A DNA stretch of 64,000 nt from Octopus sinensis (Eukaryota), in assembly GCF_006345805.1 (NCBI RefSeq), contig NC_043001.1:28520001-28584000 (forward strand), in the 5' to 3' direction. The notes under the pieces are model-generated. The model was not told the DNA's origin. It ran no database searches and saw only the letters and a program-made list of their open reading frames with translations. This document shows, in pieces, positions 26,771-41,400 of the stretch (the first letter of the stretch is position 1; the number at the start of each line of letters is the position of its first letter). The position numbers were made by a program, and so were the translations under genes.

Positions 26771-29700
26771 ATTGCATTATTCAATTAATCTTACAACATA
26801 GTCCCATAAGATTTGCAGGAGGTATGCAAGCTATTTCTACAAGGTCTGCTTAGAAGCCCCATTTTGAGTTTGTCTTCATATAAATATTAAATATCAATAA
26901 TGATAGTGATAGGAACAACAACAATGGCAATGATGATGAAATTAACAATCTTATTAAAAACTTTAATAAAAAATAATTAACAAAATCTCACCTGAACATT
27001 TCAAACAAAACACCATGCCTAGGTCTATAGCAGCCCAAGTTGGTTCTGAAGTAAAGTAAAAACATTGTTAGAATAATTCAGAGGTTTGAGTTGTTCCTTA
27101 TTTAAATGAATTCAGGCATATTCATGTGTTTAAGGAGTTCAGTTCATAGTTTTGTGGTTCTGGGTTTGATCCTAATGAAAAGCTTGGACAAATGTTTTCT
27201 ATTGTAACCTTGAGTCAACCAATGTTTTTAATGTTTGTGCATCCAATTTGGCTGGAGTATGTGAAGAAGAACATTACCTGCACATGTGTGCATGTGTCAT
27301 ATGCATGTGTATATATACATGTGTGTATATGCATGTTTGTGTACACTAGTGCAAACTGATGTACCATGATGCAGCTCTCTCCCATACATTTACCCATCTT
27401 TTGTCCCTCATCTCCCAGCATGACGTTACCCCAGTTTGTACTCTTTCAAACTGCATGATGACCTCACTAGCACATGTAGCACTGAAAAAGTATTCAGTAA
27501 ATGCTGTAAAGTGGATAGTGATAAGAAGGGCATCCAATCATAGGAACCATCTCGAATCAAATACTGGAGCCTTGTGCAGTCCTTAGGCCCAACAGATTCT
27601 GTTAAGCCTTCTGACCCATTCCAGCATGGAACACAAGCATTAATTAACACATTAACTACCATATGTACCACTGATGGTTCATCACAAACTTCACACAACC
27701 ACCATAAGCATCACAGAGGTATATTTTTATAATTTGAGAAATTATTTTATTCTGTCTCTTTGAAATTATTTCAAGAATATTTATATAACACGAGTGCTAA
27801 ATATTAAAGCTTAATTATGAAATATTGTGAAAATGCAAAAATATTATTGTTGTATTTTGGAATGGTCATTTTGCCAGTTTAGCCAATAAAAACACACGCA
27901 CTATATATTTGGTGTTACTTTGCTTCAGCGTTATTTATTTTTTACATTAATCTTGATCTTATTTCGGCCAGAGTTCTTTCGTCACACTCCTGTGACCGCA
28001 TCAGTGGTCCTTTGCTTTCTTCTTTCTTATTTGTGTGTCTCTCCTTACTAACGGTCAGCTATTTTGTATTTTGTATTTCTAGTGTATGTGTCTTCATTTG
28101 CGCATGCGTAAATCTCTATGTGCATCTACGTTTAGTTAGCGTGTGTATTGGGGGGAAGTGCCTGTAATATTTGTATCTCCTGTTTATATACATTCGTGTA
28201 AATTAAACAGCTTACAGTGCGATCAAAACTACTTGGCGGTTCCACTGAGTTCCAGTAACAGGTTGTGGCAGTTAACGTGTTAAATGATCCTGATGATCAC
28301 TAGAGGTTAAACCAGAAAACATTGCTCTCTTTGAAACAAAGTACAGGGGCATCTATATTTCAGAACAAGGGCAATATGAAGGCATAAGGCCTGTGCTTTT
28401 TCCAGGATTATTATTAATAATGCAAATGACATAAAATGGCTTTAAATGAGTTTGTGAACAGTGAAAGAATAGTGGCAGAGAGCTGAAGCACTGGGACATT
28501 ACCTTCTAATTAATAGCAAGAAATTATTGACTGTTTTAACACAAAACTAACAAATCTTTATCTAAATCTATAAAAACAAAGAAAACAACTTCACTCTTTC
28601 CAATGGCTTTTGAAATCAGGAATATGATATGGCTTACCTTCCATTCCACAGTCAGCACAATGTTTGTTGCTATTGTTCTCCCAGATTTTTCTTGCAATCT
28701 GAAATTTGAACATATGTATACCAAAATAAATACATGCATGCCAAGGAATTAGATTTTATCAACAGCACAGTCCAGCCAGAGTCATTTGCAAGCAGGCAGG
28801 TATAGGTAATTATATATATATATATATATATATACAGGGTGTCCCCAAAAAATGTATACACTTGCTGCAACAGTCTGTCATGCCAAGCATTAGAGAGGAC
28901 TTTGAACAGGAAGAGTTTTATTTCCAGCAAGATGGGGCACCTCCACACTACCATCGCGATGTTAGATCCTTTCTTGATGGGATCTTGCCAAACAGGTAGA
29001 TTGGACGGAGAGGTTTTGTCGAATACCCTCCACGTTCACCAGACCTCACACCACTAGACTTCTTTTTATGGGGCTACCTAAAGGACAAAGTCTACGCACA
29101 GAAACCTGCAACAGTCGTTCAATTGAGGGCAACCATTGAACATGAATGTACGAATATCCCAAGGGAATTGTTCCATGATGTGTGCCATTCCATCGCTTCG
29201 CGTTGTCAGCAGTGTCTGGAGCAGAACGGACATCAGTTTGAGAACATGCGATAACAAGACAATAGAATGATATTTGTAAATTCTTTTACATGTTGAAAAT
29301 TATTCGAATTATAATAAACCCCAAATTTACAATTATTTAAGGTGTGTATTCATTTTTTGGGGACACCCTGTATATATATCATCATCATTGTTTAACATTC
29401 ACTTTCCATGCTAGCATGGGTTGGACGATTTTGACTGAGGGCTGGCAAACCAGATGGCTGCACCAGGCTCCAGTCTTGATCTGGCAGAGTTTCTACAGCT
29501 GGATGCCCTTCTTAACGCCAACCACTCCAAGAGTGTAGTGGGTGCTAAATTTTCCCATTCTATCAATGTTCACAGAACACCTCAATGCAACAAAGAATGA
29601 ATAAAGAGGCAACTTTCATCAATAAATATCTTCCCCAACTAAATATGAACACATAACATAATACAGAACACTACTAACCTTACAATTAATACCACTAACC

Positions 29701-31447
29701 CCCATACATTCCATACACCATTCACATTACAATTCTATATCTAACCTAATTGCACCAAATCCAGAACTACTTACCTCCCTTACAAATAATCTTTTTTCTC
29801 AGGAGCTATTAGACCTGACACCATCCATTAATTGGTGTGCATTCAAAGCAAAAAGCAATAAGTTGCATTCAAAGCAAAGATTACTAACTTACAAAACCGG
29901 TATGCTTGAATCTCTTCAAAAATTTCACAATGACTTTTGTTACTTTTATTCCTACCTCAGTTCATCTAATTGTATATATCTTTTGTTACTTTGCATAAAA
30001 AGCTTTTACTTTTTTTTATATTTACAATGTGCATTTTCGTCTATTTCTCTTACTTTCCCCTTACATTACCACATGTAGTCTCTATTTTATTTTTGCAACA
30101 TATTTCTATTATAACCCACGCTAGCATGGAAAACGGACGTTTGATGATGATGATTATATGTATGTATGTATACACACACATGCATAACCATATATACACA
30201 CACAGACACGCACACTCACACATTCTGTAAATAATAATAATGGTATTTCTTTTATAAGCTTAAAGCTTATAACAATCACGTGATAATGGAGCATATAAGC
30301 CCTCAACAGGAAAGTGTAAGCTTTCCCATATGCATGGGACACAAACCCAAACACACATCCCATTGTTAATGCAAGTAAGTACACACGCACACACAAACAT
30401 ATATATATATATATATGCCGTTGCCAGCCTCGCCTGGCCCCCGTGCCGGTGGCACATAAAAAGCACCATCCGTTCGTGGCCGTTGCCAGCCTCGCCTGGC
30501 ACATAAAAAGCACCATCCGATCGTGGCCGTTTGCCAGACTCGTCTGGCACCTGTGCCAGTGGCACGTAAAAAGCACCCACTACACTCATGGAGTGGTTGG
30601 CGTTAGGAAGGGCATCCAGCCGTAGAAACATTGCCAGATCAAACTGGGCCTGGTGCAGCCTTCTGGCTTCCCAGACCCCAGTTGAACCTTCCAACCCATG
30701 CTAGCATGGAAAGCGGACGCTAAACGATGATGATGATGATGATGATGATATATAAATTTGAAGGATTTAAATTAATAAAAGGACATAGTAAGTATGTCTA
30801 CCTGCAGGAAATAAGAGTTTTGATTTATTTCCAGCAGGTAGACATACAAACTCACACACATATATATTCGTTTATTCTTTTACTTGTCTGACTGCAGCCA
30901 TGCTGGAGCACTGCCTTTACTCAAACAAATCGACCCCAGGACTTATTTTTCCTAAGCCTAGTACTTATTCCATTCGGTCTCTTTTGCCGAACTGCTAAGT
31001 TCTCGAGTGAGGGTGGGAGAACAAACACAGACACACAAGATGCACAAAAATAAATGTACATATATACAATGGGCTTCTTTCAGTTTCCATCTACCAAATC
31101 CACTCAGAAGATTTTGGCTGGTGCAAACATATATATATACATATATTACACATACACACACACACATATATATATAAACATACACACACACACATATATA
31201 TATATAAACACACACACACACATACATACACACATATCCCTCTCTCTCTTTCGGAGAGGCACTGAGCACCTACACGCACATATACACACACGGCAGTAAC
31301 TTCCACCTACCGTATTCAATCACAAAGCTTCAGTCGGCTCGGGGCTATAGTAGAAGACACCTGCCCAAAGTGCCATGCAGTGGGATTGAACCCGAAACCA
31401 CGTAGCCAGGAAGCAAGCTACCTAACCGCACAGCCATGCCAGCATAT

Positions 31448-31478
<31 letters not shown>

Positions 31479-31751
31479 ATATATATATATATAAAAAAAG
31501 AATTGCAGCGTGGAAGGTGTTTGTAAGCCATTTAAGAAACACACAAAAGCCGTTCAATTCACTTCAACATTTAAGTTTAATTTGTCAAAATATTTTCGTC
31601 GCTTTAAGACCGTGACCTGTTCACTGACAAAAATCCGGCTTTTGCATGTTTCTTAAATGGCTTACAAACACCTTCCACGCTGCAATTGTTTTCGTTTCAG
31701 CACACGATCTCAGATCAAATCACTTGCTATGCGAGTACATCTCTGTAATAT

Positions 31752-31820
<69 letters not shown>

Positions 31821-34800
31821 TATGTATGTATAGGCATAGCTATAGATGTGTTCTAAGAAGCTTACTTCTCAACCACATGGTTTTGGATTCAATCCTACTG
31901 CATGGCAAGTTGAGCAAGTGTCTTCTGCTTTTATCATTCACTTGTTTCAGTCAGACTGTGGCCATGCTGAGGCACTGCCTTGAAGAAATTTTAGTCAAAC
32001 TAATCAATCCCAGAACTTCTTTTTCTCTAAGCTTGGTAGTTATTCTATCGCTCTCTTCTGCTGAATTACAAAGTTACAGGGATGTAAACACATCAACACC
32101 AGTTGTCAAGTGGTGGTGGAGGACAAGCATATACACAAAGACACACATACACACACAGGTATGTGGAGGCACATGGCCTAGTGGTTAGAGCAGCGGACTC
32201 GCGGTCGAGGGATCGTGAGTTCGAATCTCAGACCGGGCGATGTGTGTGTTTATGAGCGAAACACCTGAGCTCCACACAGCTCCGGCAGAAGGTAATGGCG
32301 AACTTCTGCTGACTCTTTCGCCACAACTTTCTCTCACTGTTCCCTCCTGCACCTTGCAGCTCACCTGCAATGGACCAGCGTCTCGTCCAGGTGGGGGAAC
32401 TTATACGCCAAGGAAACCAGGAAACCAGCCCTTATGAGCCAGGCATGGCTCGAGAAGGAACACACAGATATATAATTATATAGATATCTATGTTGTGCTT
32501 CTTTCAGTTTCCATCAACCAAATCTACTCACAAGGCTACAGTAGAAGACACTTGGCCAAGAAGCCACACAGTGGGACTGAACCTATACTAGCTAGGCAAG
32601 ACAAGGAAAACACACACAAACACACAGACTGTATCAGAACAATTACCCTCCATAGGACAATTCTCCCTGATGACAACTACCCCCCTAGGACAATTACCCA
32701 CCTTGGTTATCTACCCCCTCTCCAATATATTAAGAAGTTTTAAATCATCATCTGTTGTCCTCAGGAGTAAATGTCCCTGGGTGGGGCATCCATGTGGCTG
32801 GGAAGCAAACTTCTGCACACATCTGATGAGAACTAGAATGAAGTGAAAGATGACAATAATTCAAATATTTTTACCTGTAAATCTACTAGTGCAGAGTCAA
32901 TTGCATTAGTCAACACCACTTTCCATCCTTTCATTTCCTGAGTGTTATCAAATATCATGCTGGAAAAAGAATAATAAAAAGCTGATATTATTACAAGTCA
33001 TTCTTTGTTTAACCCTTTTGTTACTGTATTTATTTTGAGATGCTCTGTGTTTCTTTCAATTACTTTAACCCTTTAGTGTTTGCATTATTCTACCAAAATT
33101 AATCCTTTTTTATCCACATTGTTTTGAACAAATCACGCATTATCTTGTAGCTATGCGATTTTAATGAGGTAGCTGTTAATTTTTAAAACAATATTGTAGG
33201 GTTAGTGTGAGAGACCAGATCTGGCCAGTTTGAACATAAAACAGGCAGAATACTTCTGGCCAGATATGGCCAGTTTAAATGCTAAAGGGTTAAATATGAC
33301 AAAGAATTTAGTAAGATAACTTAGTTATCATGAAGCTAGTGTTAGGAACATAAATTGTGACTAAGGTTTGGTGGAAGATTTTAATTCAAAACTTATAAAA
33401 ACAGGACATTTGTACTCAGAGCCAGAGCCGGTTTCAGCCGAGTTGGTAACGAAAGGGTTAAAGTCATCAGGAGATAATAAAGCTAACTTGCTGTTCAGTA
33501 GGTACAAATTTCTTTTGAGTAATGATTTTGGAGAAAGGGGAGAGGGAGACGGAGAGAGAGATGTGAAGGAGTGTGCATGTTATCATCAGTTGTTAATGGA
33601 AAATACAACATGGCAGAGACAAAATGGAGAAGGCCTGACAGCAACAAATGGATACAGGTTAAAGATTCGCAGAACGCTTTATTATGTTCAGGAATTACAA
33701 CCGTGTTTCGTGGTCTGCTACCACAACAGCTCCTTTATAGGATCCAGTTAGCTCAAGACATCATCAGGAGGAACCACATCCAGTTTTGGCCCCTACTACT
33801 CTACCGTTTTGACGTGGCAGGTACCCCACCCTTTCGGAGGTGTCTTCAGGTGTGGTGTTGGGTGCATGTCTTTCTTCTTCTTTCTTTTGTTCCCTCACCT
33901 CTTCGATGTATCGTCAGTGAGTGTCAGCCGGTGAGTGACTGTCTTGTCAAATTTTCCCTTTACAACAGCTGGGAAAAATGGTCAAATGTGTGATGATGAT
34001 GATGTGATGGTGGTGGTGGCGGCGGCGGCATGTAGTGATGATAATGAGGAGGGGTGGGGGGAGAGCAACAACAGGAACAATGCTGGTGATTAGAATAATG
34101 AAATTTATTTAATCTAAAACAGTATTTTTTCTGTTACCTAATGTGACAAATCCTGTAAATTAGATATTCCATTAAGATTTTCATGCCCTTTCTCTCTCTC
34201 TTTCCCTATCTATTTTTCACTCACTCCATTGTTTTGAGTATTGAGTCCAACAGTCGAAAAGTTAAACTGCATAGAATATATTTGTATACCTTGTGCAGCA
34301 ATTATAAATGAACATGAGAGAAAGAGAGAGAAAGAGAATGATAGACTACAGAAAATGTAGAAGATATGCAGAGGATACAGAAATAAAATGGAAACATAAA
34401 CAAAACTGTTGGAACTATAGGACGAGAGAATGTGTATTGTAAATACCCAGCATGCAACAAAATCCTGTGTTAAGGTAACTTAATGAAGACTTACTTTATG
34501 TTGCAGTAATGCGTGCATAATTGAAGTTTATTTCGAGCAAGTTCTTTCACTGCTGCCAATTTCATGTCAATCTCATGAATTGGAGAAGCAATTTCATAAT
34601 CCTGCACCAAAACAAAAACAAGAAGTAGGACATATTGTTATTCGGAGAACAATTGTTTTCACATTCCAAGAAGCATTCTATTAACATGTAATGCAAACTA
34701 CTTTGGAAGATAGATCAAGAAAATAATGAAATTGAAATGAATTCTTCTATTATGTAAAATGAAACCAAAAAAAAGAAGCAATAGCTACCTTTTGATTGTG

Positions 34801-37800
34801 GTAATAACATAGAATACTGCCTTTCAGTGCTACAAAGATTTTGGCCCTTTCATTTTCAAACTTGATAATTCCCTGTCAAACAATAGGAAAAACAAAGAAT
34901 CTGATTAACATGAATTTCTCTGAGAATTAACATCATCTTTTGTGTTTCTATCTGTGTTGTATTATTGTAAATGTGAAATTAGCAAACATTAAATTTAAGT
35001 AACAATTCATACAGATTTGACAATGTAACTCTACATGAGGTATGTAGTTGTGTCCTTGGATGTATATGTGTACATGCATGCATACGTACTTACAACTGTG
35101 ACTGGAATTAAAAATCTTGCTTTTCAACCTTTTGGTGTTAAGTTCAGTCCTATTGCATAGCACCTTGGCAAGCATTTTCTACTAGGCCCAACCAAAGCCT
35201 TGTGCATGGATTTGGGAGACAGGAAACTGAAAGAAGTCTGTCGTTTATGTAAAGCATGTGTGTGTGTTGTGTGTGAAAACATGTCTGTGCAAGGAGAACT
35301 ATTTACCCTATTTAGCAACAGGCAAATGGTTGGCAACAGGAAAGGCATCCCAGCTGTAAAAAAATATCCACCCCAACAAATTCCATCCAACCCTTAGCTA
35401 GTATGGAAAAGCAGATGATAAAATGGTGATGGTGATAATGATATATCTCATTCTATCTTCTAGTTAACAATAAGCAATCGTTAGGACCTCTGAAAATATA
35501 ACCTGTGGTAGATAGTCTAGCATCCTTTACAGGAGGAAAATTAATCTCTCATCTATTTAACATTGCATCATCACTGAATCAGCATTCACTTTTCCATGCT
35601 TGCATATGTCACAAAAGATTTCTATAACTGGACTCTCTGTCTAGTCTCTGTCTTGGGAAGGTTGCTTCTTAATTTTAGGTTCTGCTTCTATCTTTGAAAC
35701 TTCACTCCAATTCTTTGACTGACTCAGCCATAAGAGGTAAGCATGCAGCTTGTCTTGAATTTCAATTTTATAGCCTGGAGAACTAAGATAAACACAAAGG
35801 AACATATCTGCATACTAATCATCATCATTTAATAGCCATCTTCTATGCTGGCATAGGTTCAACTAATTCTTTTATTGGTTTCAGTCATTTGACTTTGGCC
35901 AAGCTGAAGCACTGCCTTTAGTTGAAGAGACTGACCGCAGGACTTGTTCTTTGTAAGCCTAGTACTTATTCTATTGGTCTCTTTTGTCGAACCACTAAGT
36001 TATGGGGACATAAACAGGCAACATCGTGGTGGTGGGAGACAAACAAACATATATATATATATTCTTGTTGCTTTTTTTCTTGGTTATATATATATATATA
36101 TATGACAGGCTTCTTACAGTTTCCATCTACCAAATCCACTCACAAGGCTTTGGTCAGCCCAAGGCTATAGTAAAGGACACATGCCCAAGGTGCCACACAG
36201 TGGGACTGAACCAGGAACCATATGGTTGGTAATCAAGCTAATAACCACACAGCCACTTCTGCACCAATGCTAAATTACTTAATAAACTTGCAACTTGAGA
36301 GTATCTTCTGGCACCCCATCACTACCATCTTTATCTTCTTCCCCGCTATTTCCACCTGCCCTTATATAGTGTGGATTAGCCACATATCTCCTTTATAGCT
36401 GGACACTTGTTCTCCTCCTTCTATCATTGTTTAGCCTGTCAGTATCTGGCATAGAGTCAGCCACCTCCCCTTCACAAATCCTCCACCACACTAACTCATG
36501 GTTTTTTGGGGTTTTTTTATCCCTGTTCTTTTTCTGTCTGGCAAATTAACTTATAATTTCATAAATGCCAGTGGCTTGAAAAATGCGGTCAGCACACTTT
36601 GTAAGGTGGTTGGCATCAGGAAGGGCATCACAGGCATAACAGCCATAGAAACCATGCCAATGCTAAAGTTCAATACAGGCCCTCTGGCTCACCAGGTCCA
36701 GTTCAACCATTCAACTCATGCCAAGGGAAACAAATGTTGAATAAACATGAAGATGATGAAGAAGATGATGAAGATGAAGAAGAAGATGAAGAAGATGATG
36801 AAGATGATGAAGATGATGATGATGATGAAGATGATGAAGATGATGAAGATGATGATGATGATGAAGATGATGATGATGAAGATGATGATGATGATGAAGA
36901 AGATGATGATGATGAAGATGATGATGATGAAGATGATGATGATGAAGATGAAGATGATGATGATGATGAAGATGATGATGAAGATGATGATAATGATGAT
37001 GATGAAGATGATGATGAAGATGATGATAATGATGATGATGATGAAGATGATAATGATGATGATGATGAAGATGATGATGATGAAGATAATGAAGATGAAG
37101 ATGATGAAGATGAAGATGATGATGACGAAGATGATGATGACGAAGATGATGATGAAGATGAAGATGACAATGAAACTTGTTGCTTACTCACCCACACTTT
37201 GCTGCCTTGCCAAGAACTCACAAGTTAGTTGTACTAAAACTCTGTTATTTTCATAATTGAACACTATGTATTGAATACTACTTTTCTCATTTACAAAATG
37301 TAACATTTATACGTGTGTGTGTGTGTGTTAAAAATGTGACCTTTAATTGACGACCTCTTTATATATAACACACCAATAAACTTACTTTTTTGTCAGGATA
37401 ACTCATATTTCCACCAGCGACGAATCCGTTTGCAGGAGGCTGTCGAAATAACATGAAAAATTCTTTCAATTATTTGAAACACTGAACATGTTTAGATCAA
37501 CTTTATAATGTCTAGGGGATTATTTCAGTCAAATTTTTCTCTAAAAATTAGGAAAGAAGATATAACACCAAAACTGAATTTTGTCTTACAACTCTGTATT
37601 TCCACATTTCTTGAAGTATTTAAGTACAATGGTATTATTTCAAATATTTGCTGCAGATATATTTATGTGTCGGTGGCACATAAAAAACACCATCCGAGCG
37701 TGGCCGTCTGCCAGCCTCGTCTGGCACCTATGTCGGTGGCACATAAAATCACCCACTACACTCTCGGAGTGGTTGGCGTTAGGAAGGGCATCCAGCTGTA

Positions 37801-38426
37801 GAAACACTGCCAGATCTGACTGGCCTGGTGCAGCCTTCGGGCTCGCCAGACCCCAGTTGAACCGTCCAACCCATGCTAGCATGGAAAGCGGACGTTAATC
37901 GATGATGATGATACTTTTTCTTTAACCATCTAGAATTTAGACCAGCCGTATCCTGCCAAAATATCCTACTTGTACTTTGTTGAAACTCAACGGATCCTGC
38001 CTCTCACATCTACCCTAATACGTCATTCTAAAGCTACAGCAATCACATTATCAAAATCTCTAAATTTAAAACAATTTTTGGCAAAAAATGTACCCTTTTG
38101 CCAAGTTATAACAAAAAGTTAGTGAAATATTTAAAATGTTTACAGTTGGATAGATAGACAAATATAACAAAATAGTTTGACAAAAAATGTGAATTTTTAA
38201 TTATTTTCTGAGATTTTACAAAAACAACAAGATCAACAAGATAGGCGCAGGAGTGGCTGTGTGGTAAGTAGCTTGCCTACCAACCACATGGTTCCGGGTT
38301 CAGTCCCACTGCGTGGCATCTTGGGCAACTGTCTTCTACTGTAGCCTCGGGCCGAACAAAGCCTTGTGAGTGGATTTGGTAGACGGAAACTGAAAGAAGC
38401 CCGTTGTATATATGTATGTATGTATG

Positions 38427-38472
<46 letters not shown>

Positions 38473-41400
38473 CATGTATGTGTTTGTCACTCGCATTGCT
38501 TGACAACCGATGCTGGTGTGTTTATGTCCCCGTCACTTAGCGGTTCGGCAAAAGAGACCGATAGAGTAAGTACTGGGCTTACAAAGAATAAGTCCCGGGG
38601 TCGAGTTGCTCGACTAAAGGCGGTGCTCCAGCATGGCCGCAGTCAACTGACTGAAACAAGTAAAAGAGTAAAGAGAGAGTATCATACATTATTAATTCAA
38701 AACAATGTGAAAAGAGTAAACATTTGACACAATAATCTACATGGCAAAGGGTTAAAACAGCCTATACTAGCATTAAGGAACAGGTTATGTAAGACACAGT
38801 GGAATTTAAGATGATATCTTTCAGAGTGGCAATGATGGACCTAGGTTTATGTATGACCATGTGGTTATTAAGTTCACTCTGCATCATTGAAGTTTCAGGT
38901 TCAATCTTACTGCACAGCGCCTTAAGTAAGTGTGTTCTATTAGGTTCATTACAGTCTTCTAAAATAGCCTTGCATATGAAATTGGGAAAACAGAAACTGT
39001 GTGGAAGCCATAGGTGGGACTGCTCCTATTCTTGAGGGGTAGATTAATTTCATCACCCAATTACCACCACATGTCTTTTGTGTACCTATACTGGAGCCCA
39101 TTCTGTTATAAACATTGAGGAAAGGTCTCTACTCTGAGGATAATCTCCTTTTTTTCCCTCTCACCAGTTTCAGGAAATGCTCTATCTCCTTTTGCTAAGC
39201 CATCAAAAAGTATATAATAGTCAAATGCACAAATAAATACAGTTCATATAAAGAAAGGTTTTGTTTGTTCCTTCTCGAGCCATGCTTGGCTCATAAGGGC
39301 TGGTTTCCTGGTTTCCTTGGTGTATAGGTTCCTCACCTGGACAGGACACTAGTCCATTGCAGGTGAGCTGCAAGATGCAGGAGGAAAGAGTGAGAGAAAG
39401 TTGTGACGAAAGAGTCAGCAGAAGTTCGCCATTACCTTCTGCCGGAGCCACGTGGAGCTTAGGCGGTTTGCTCATAAACACACACACCGCCCGGTCTGAG
39501 ATTCGAACCCGCGATCCCCCAACCGTGAGTCCACTGCTCTAACCACTAGGCCATGTGCCTCCATATAAAGAAAGGTAAATTAAGAAAATAGCTGTTTAGT
39601 GAAGATATGCATTATTTCTTCCTGGCACATGTATGGCTGCATGTGAAGAAGTTTGTTCTACAACCACATGGTATCAGGTTCAGTCCCACTGCATGGTACC
39701 TCAGGCAAGTGTTTTCTACTATAGCCTTGGGCTGACCAATGCCTTGTGAGTGAATTTGGTAGATGGAAATTGTGTGGAAGCCTGTCGTGTGCATTTGTGC
39801 GTGTGTGTGTGTGTGTGTGTGTGTGCACGTTTGTTTTCCAATGTTTGACAACCAGTGTTGGTTTATTTACATCCCTGTAACATAGCAGTTCAGCAAAAGA
39901 GACTGATGGAGTAAGTACCAGACTTTTAAAATGCACTAAATACTAGGGGCGATTTGTTTGAATAAATTGTTCAAGGCTGTGTCCCAGTATGGCTGCAGTC
40001 CAATGACAGTCAAATTAAAGAAGAAAATCAAAACAACAACAAAATGAAAATATACTTTACCTTGTATTTATGTATTGCTTCAATCAATGTACTGCACCAC
40101 AATATGTTATCATCTGAAACAAGAAATGAAACAAAAAATATTAACAGAGAAGATACTATCATAATCATGAGAGACGGATACTAAAACACAGGCAATAAAA
40201 TAGCCATAGTTTCTGCTTTTTTAAGTTGCAATCTACAGGAAATGTATGCTTTCCCTAGTGGCAACAATTATAAGGGAGATAAGCATTTCTATATAATATG
40301 TGGCAGGATCAGAAATTTGAATTTGAAATTAAGGAATCATAAGGAAATATTTTATAGGTGTAGGAGTGGCTGTGCGGTAAGTAGCTTGCTTACCAACCAC
40401 ATGGTTCCGGGTCCAGTCCCACTGCGTGGCACCTTGGGCAAGTGTCTTCTACTATAGCCTCAGGGCAACCAAAGCCCTGTGAGTGGATTTGGTAGACGGA
40501 AACTGAAAGAAGCCCGTCGTATATATGTATATGTGTGTATATGTTCGTTTGTCTGTTTTTGTCCCCCCAACATTACTTGACAACCGATGCTGGCGTATTT
40601 ATGTCCCCCGTAACTTAGCAGTTCGGCAAAAGAGACCGATAGAATAAGTACTGGGCTTACAACGAATAAGTCCTGGGGTCGATTTGCTCGACTAAAGGCG
40701 GTGCTCCAGCATGGCCACAGTCAAATGACTGAAACAAGTTAAAGAGGAAATGAGACAAAAAAGTAAATTTCTAAAGCAATAAAGCTGCAGGAACAACGAA
40801 AGATTGTGTATTTACTCTTATAAGACAAAAAAAGCTGCCAGCAGGCTGCTACTTTTTTTCCGTCTACTGGCAACTTTATTCCACCTTATAAAAATCAAAT
40901 ACCCAATCTTTCAGCTGTTTTCACAGCTTTACTGCATTGAAAATTTACTTTCTGGTCTGTAAAATTCCAAATACATCCGACGCTTCCAAGGTTTGTTTAT
41001 AAAATGTTGTTGTAAGGAAATAAATTCATAGAATTCACATTTAAATTTCTTTTTTTTTTCTACTGCAGCAGTATGCTTACATTAATTAAGGGATGTATTT
41101 GGTACACATATGGTGTTTCATAGCTATAGACAATCAAGTACAAACAGTCATTAGCATAGGTGTTCAAGTGATTGGTTGATTATCATACTCTGGTGGGTGA
41201 AAGCACAGAGAACAATACAATCGTTTTTACTATTAAATAATTCTTTTCTATTTGGCTGCCAAGGTCAATTTCTGTTCGAACTGATTTCATATTCAGCGTA
41301 ATGATACTTTTATAGGCTAACCAATGCAAAGAAAATCATTTTCACTATAAATCAATAAATAATGAGTTATAGGCTATTAAAATTTGAAAATTTGGGGTAA

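Noticed and set aside
32164-32240. tRNA-like sequence (also at the other family A, B and D heads)
   Set aside because: Heads of multi-copy SINEs with bodies, tails and TSDs; no complete cloverleaf
33368-33993. Overlapping 127-aa and 140-aa + strand ORFs
   Set aside because: The first starts inside a MITE; no recognisable domain in either; probably a decayed retroelement fragment I cannot classify
36703-37256. 164-172-aa poly-D/E, poly-S and poly-M/K ORFs
   Set aside because: Translation of a trinucleotide expansion; intronic, with no supporting splice or phase fit
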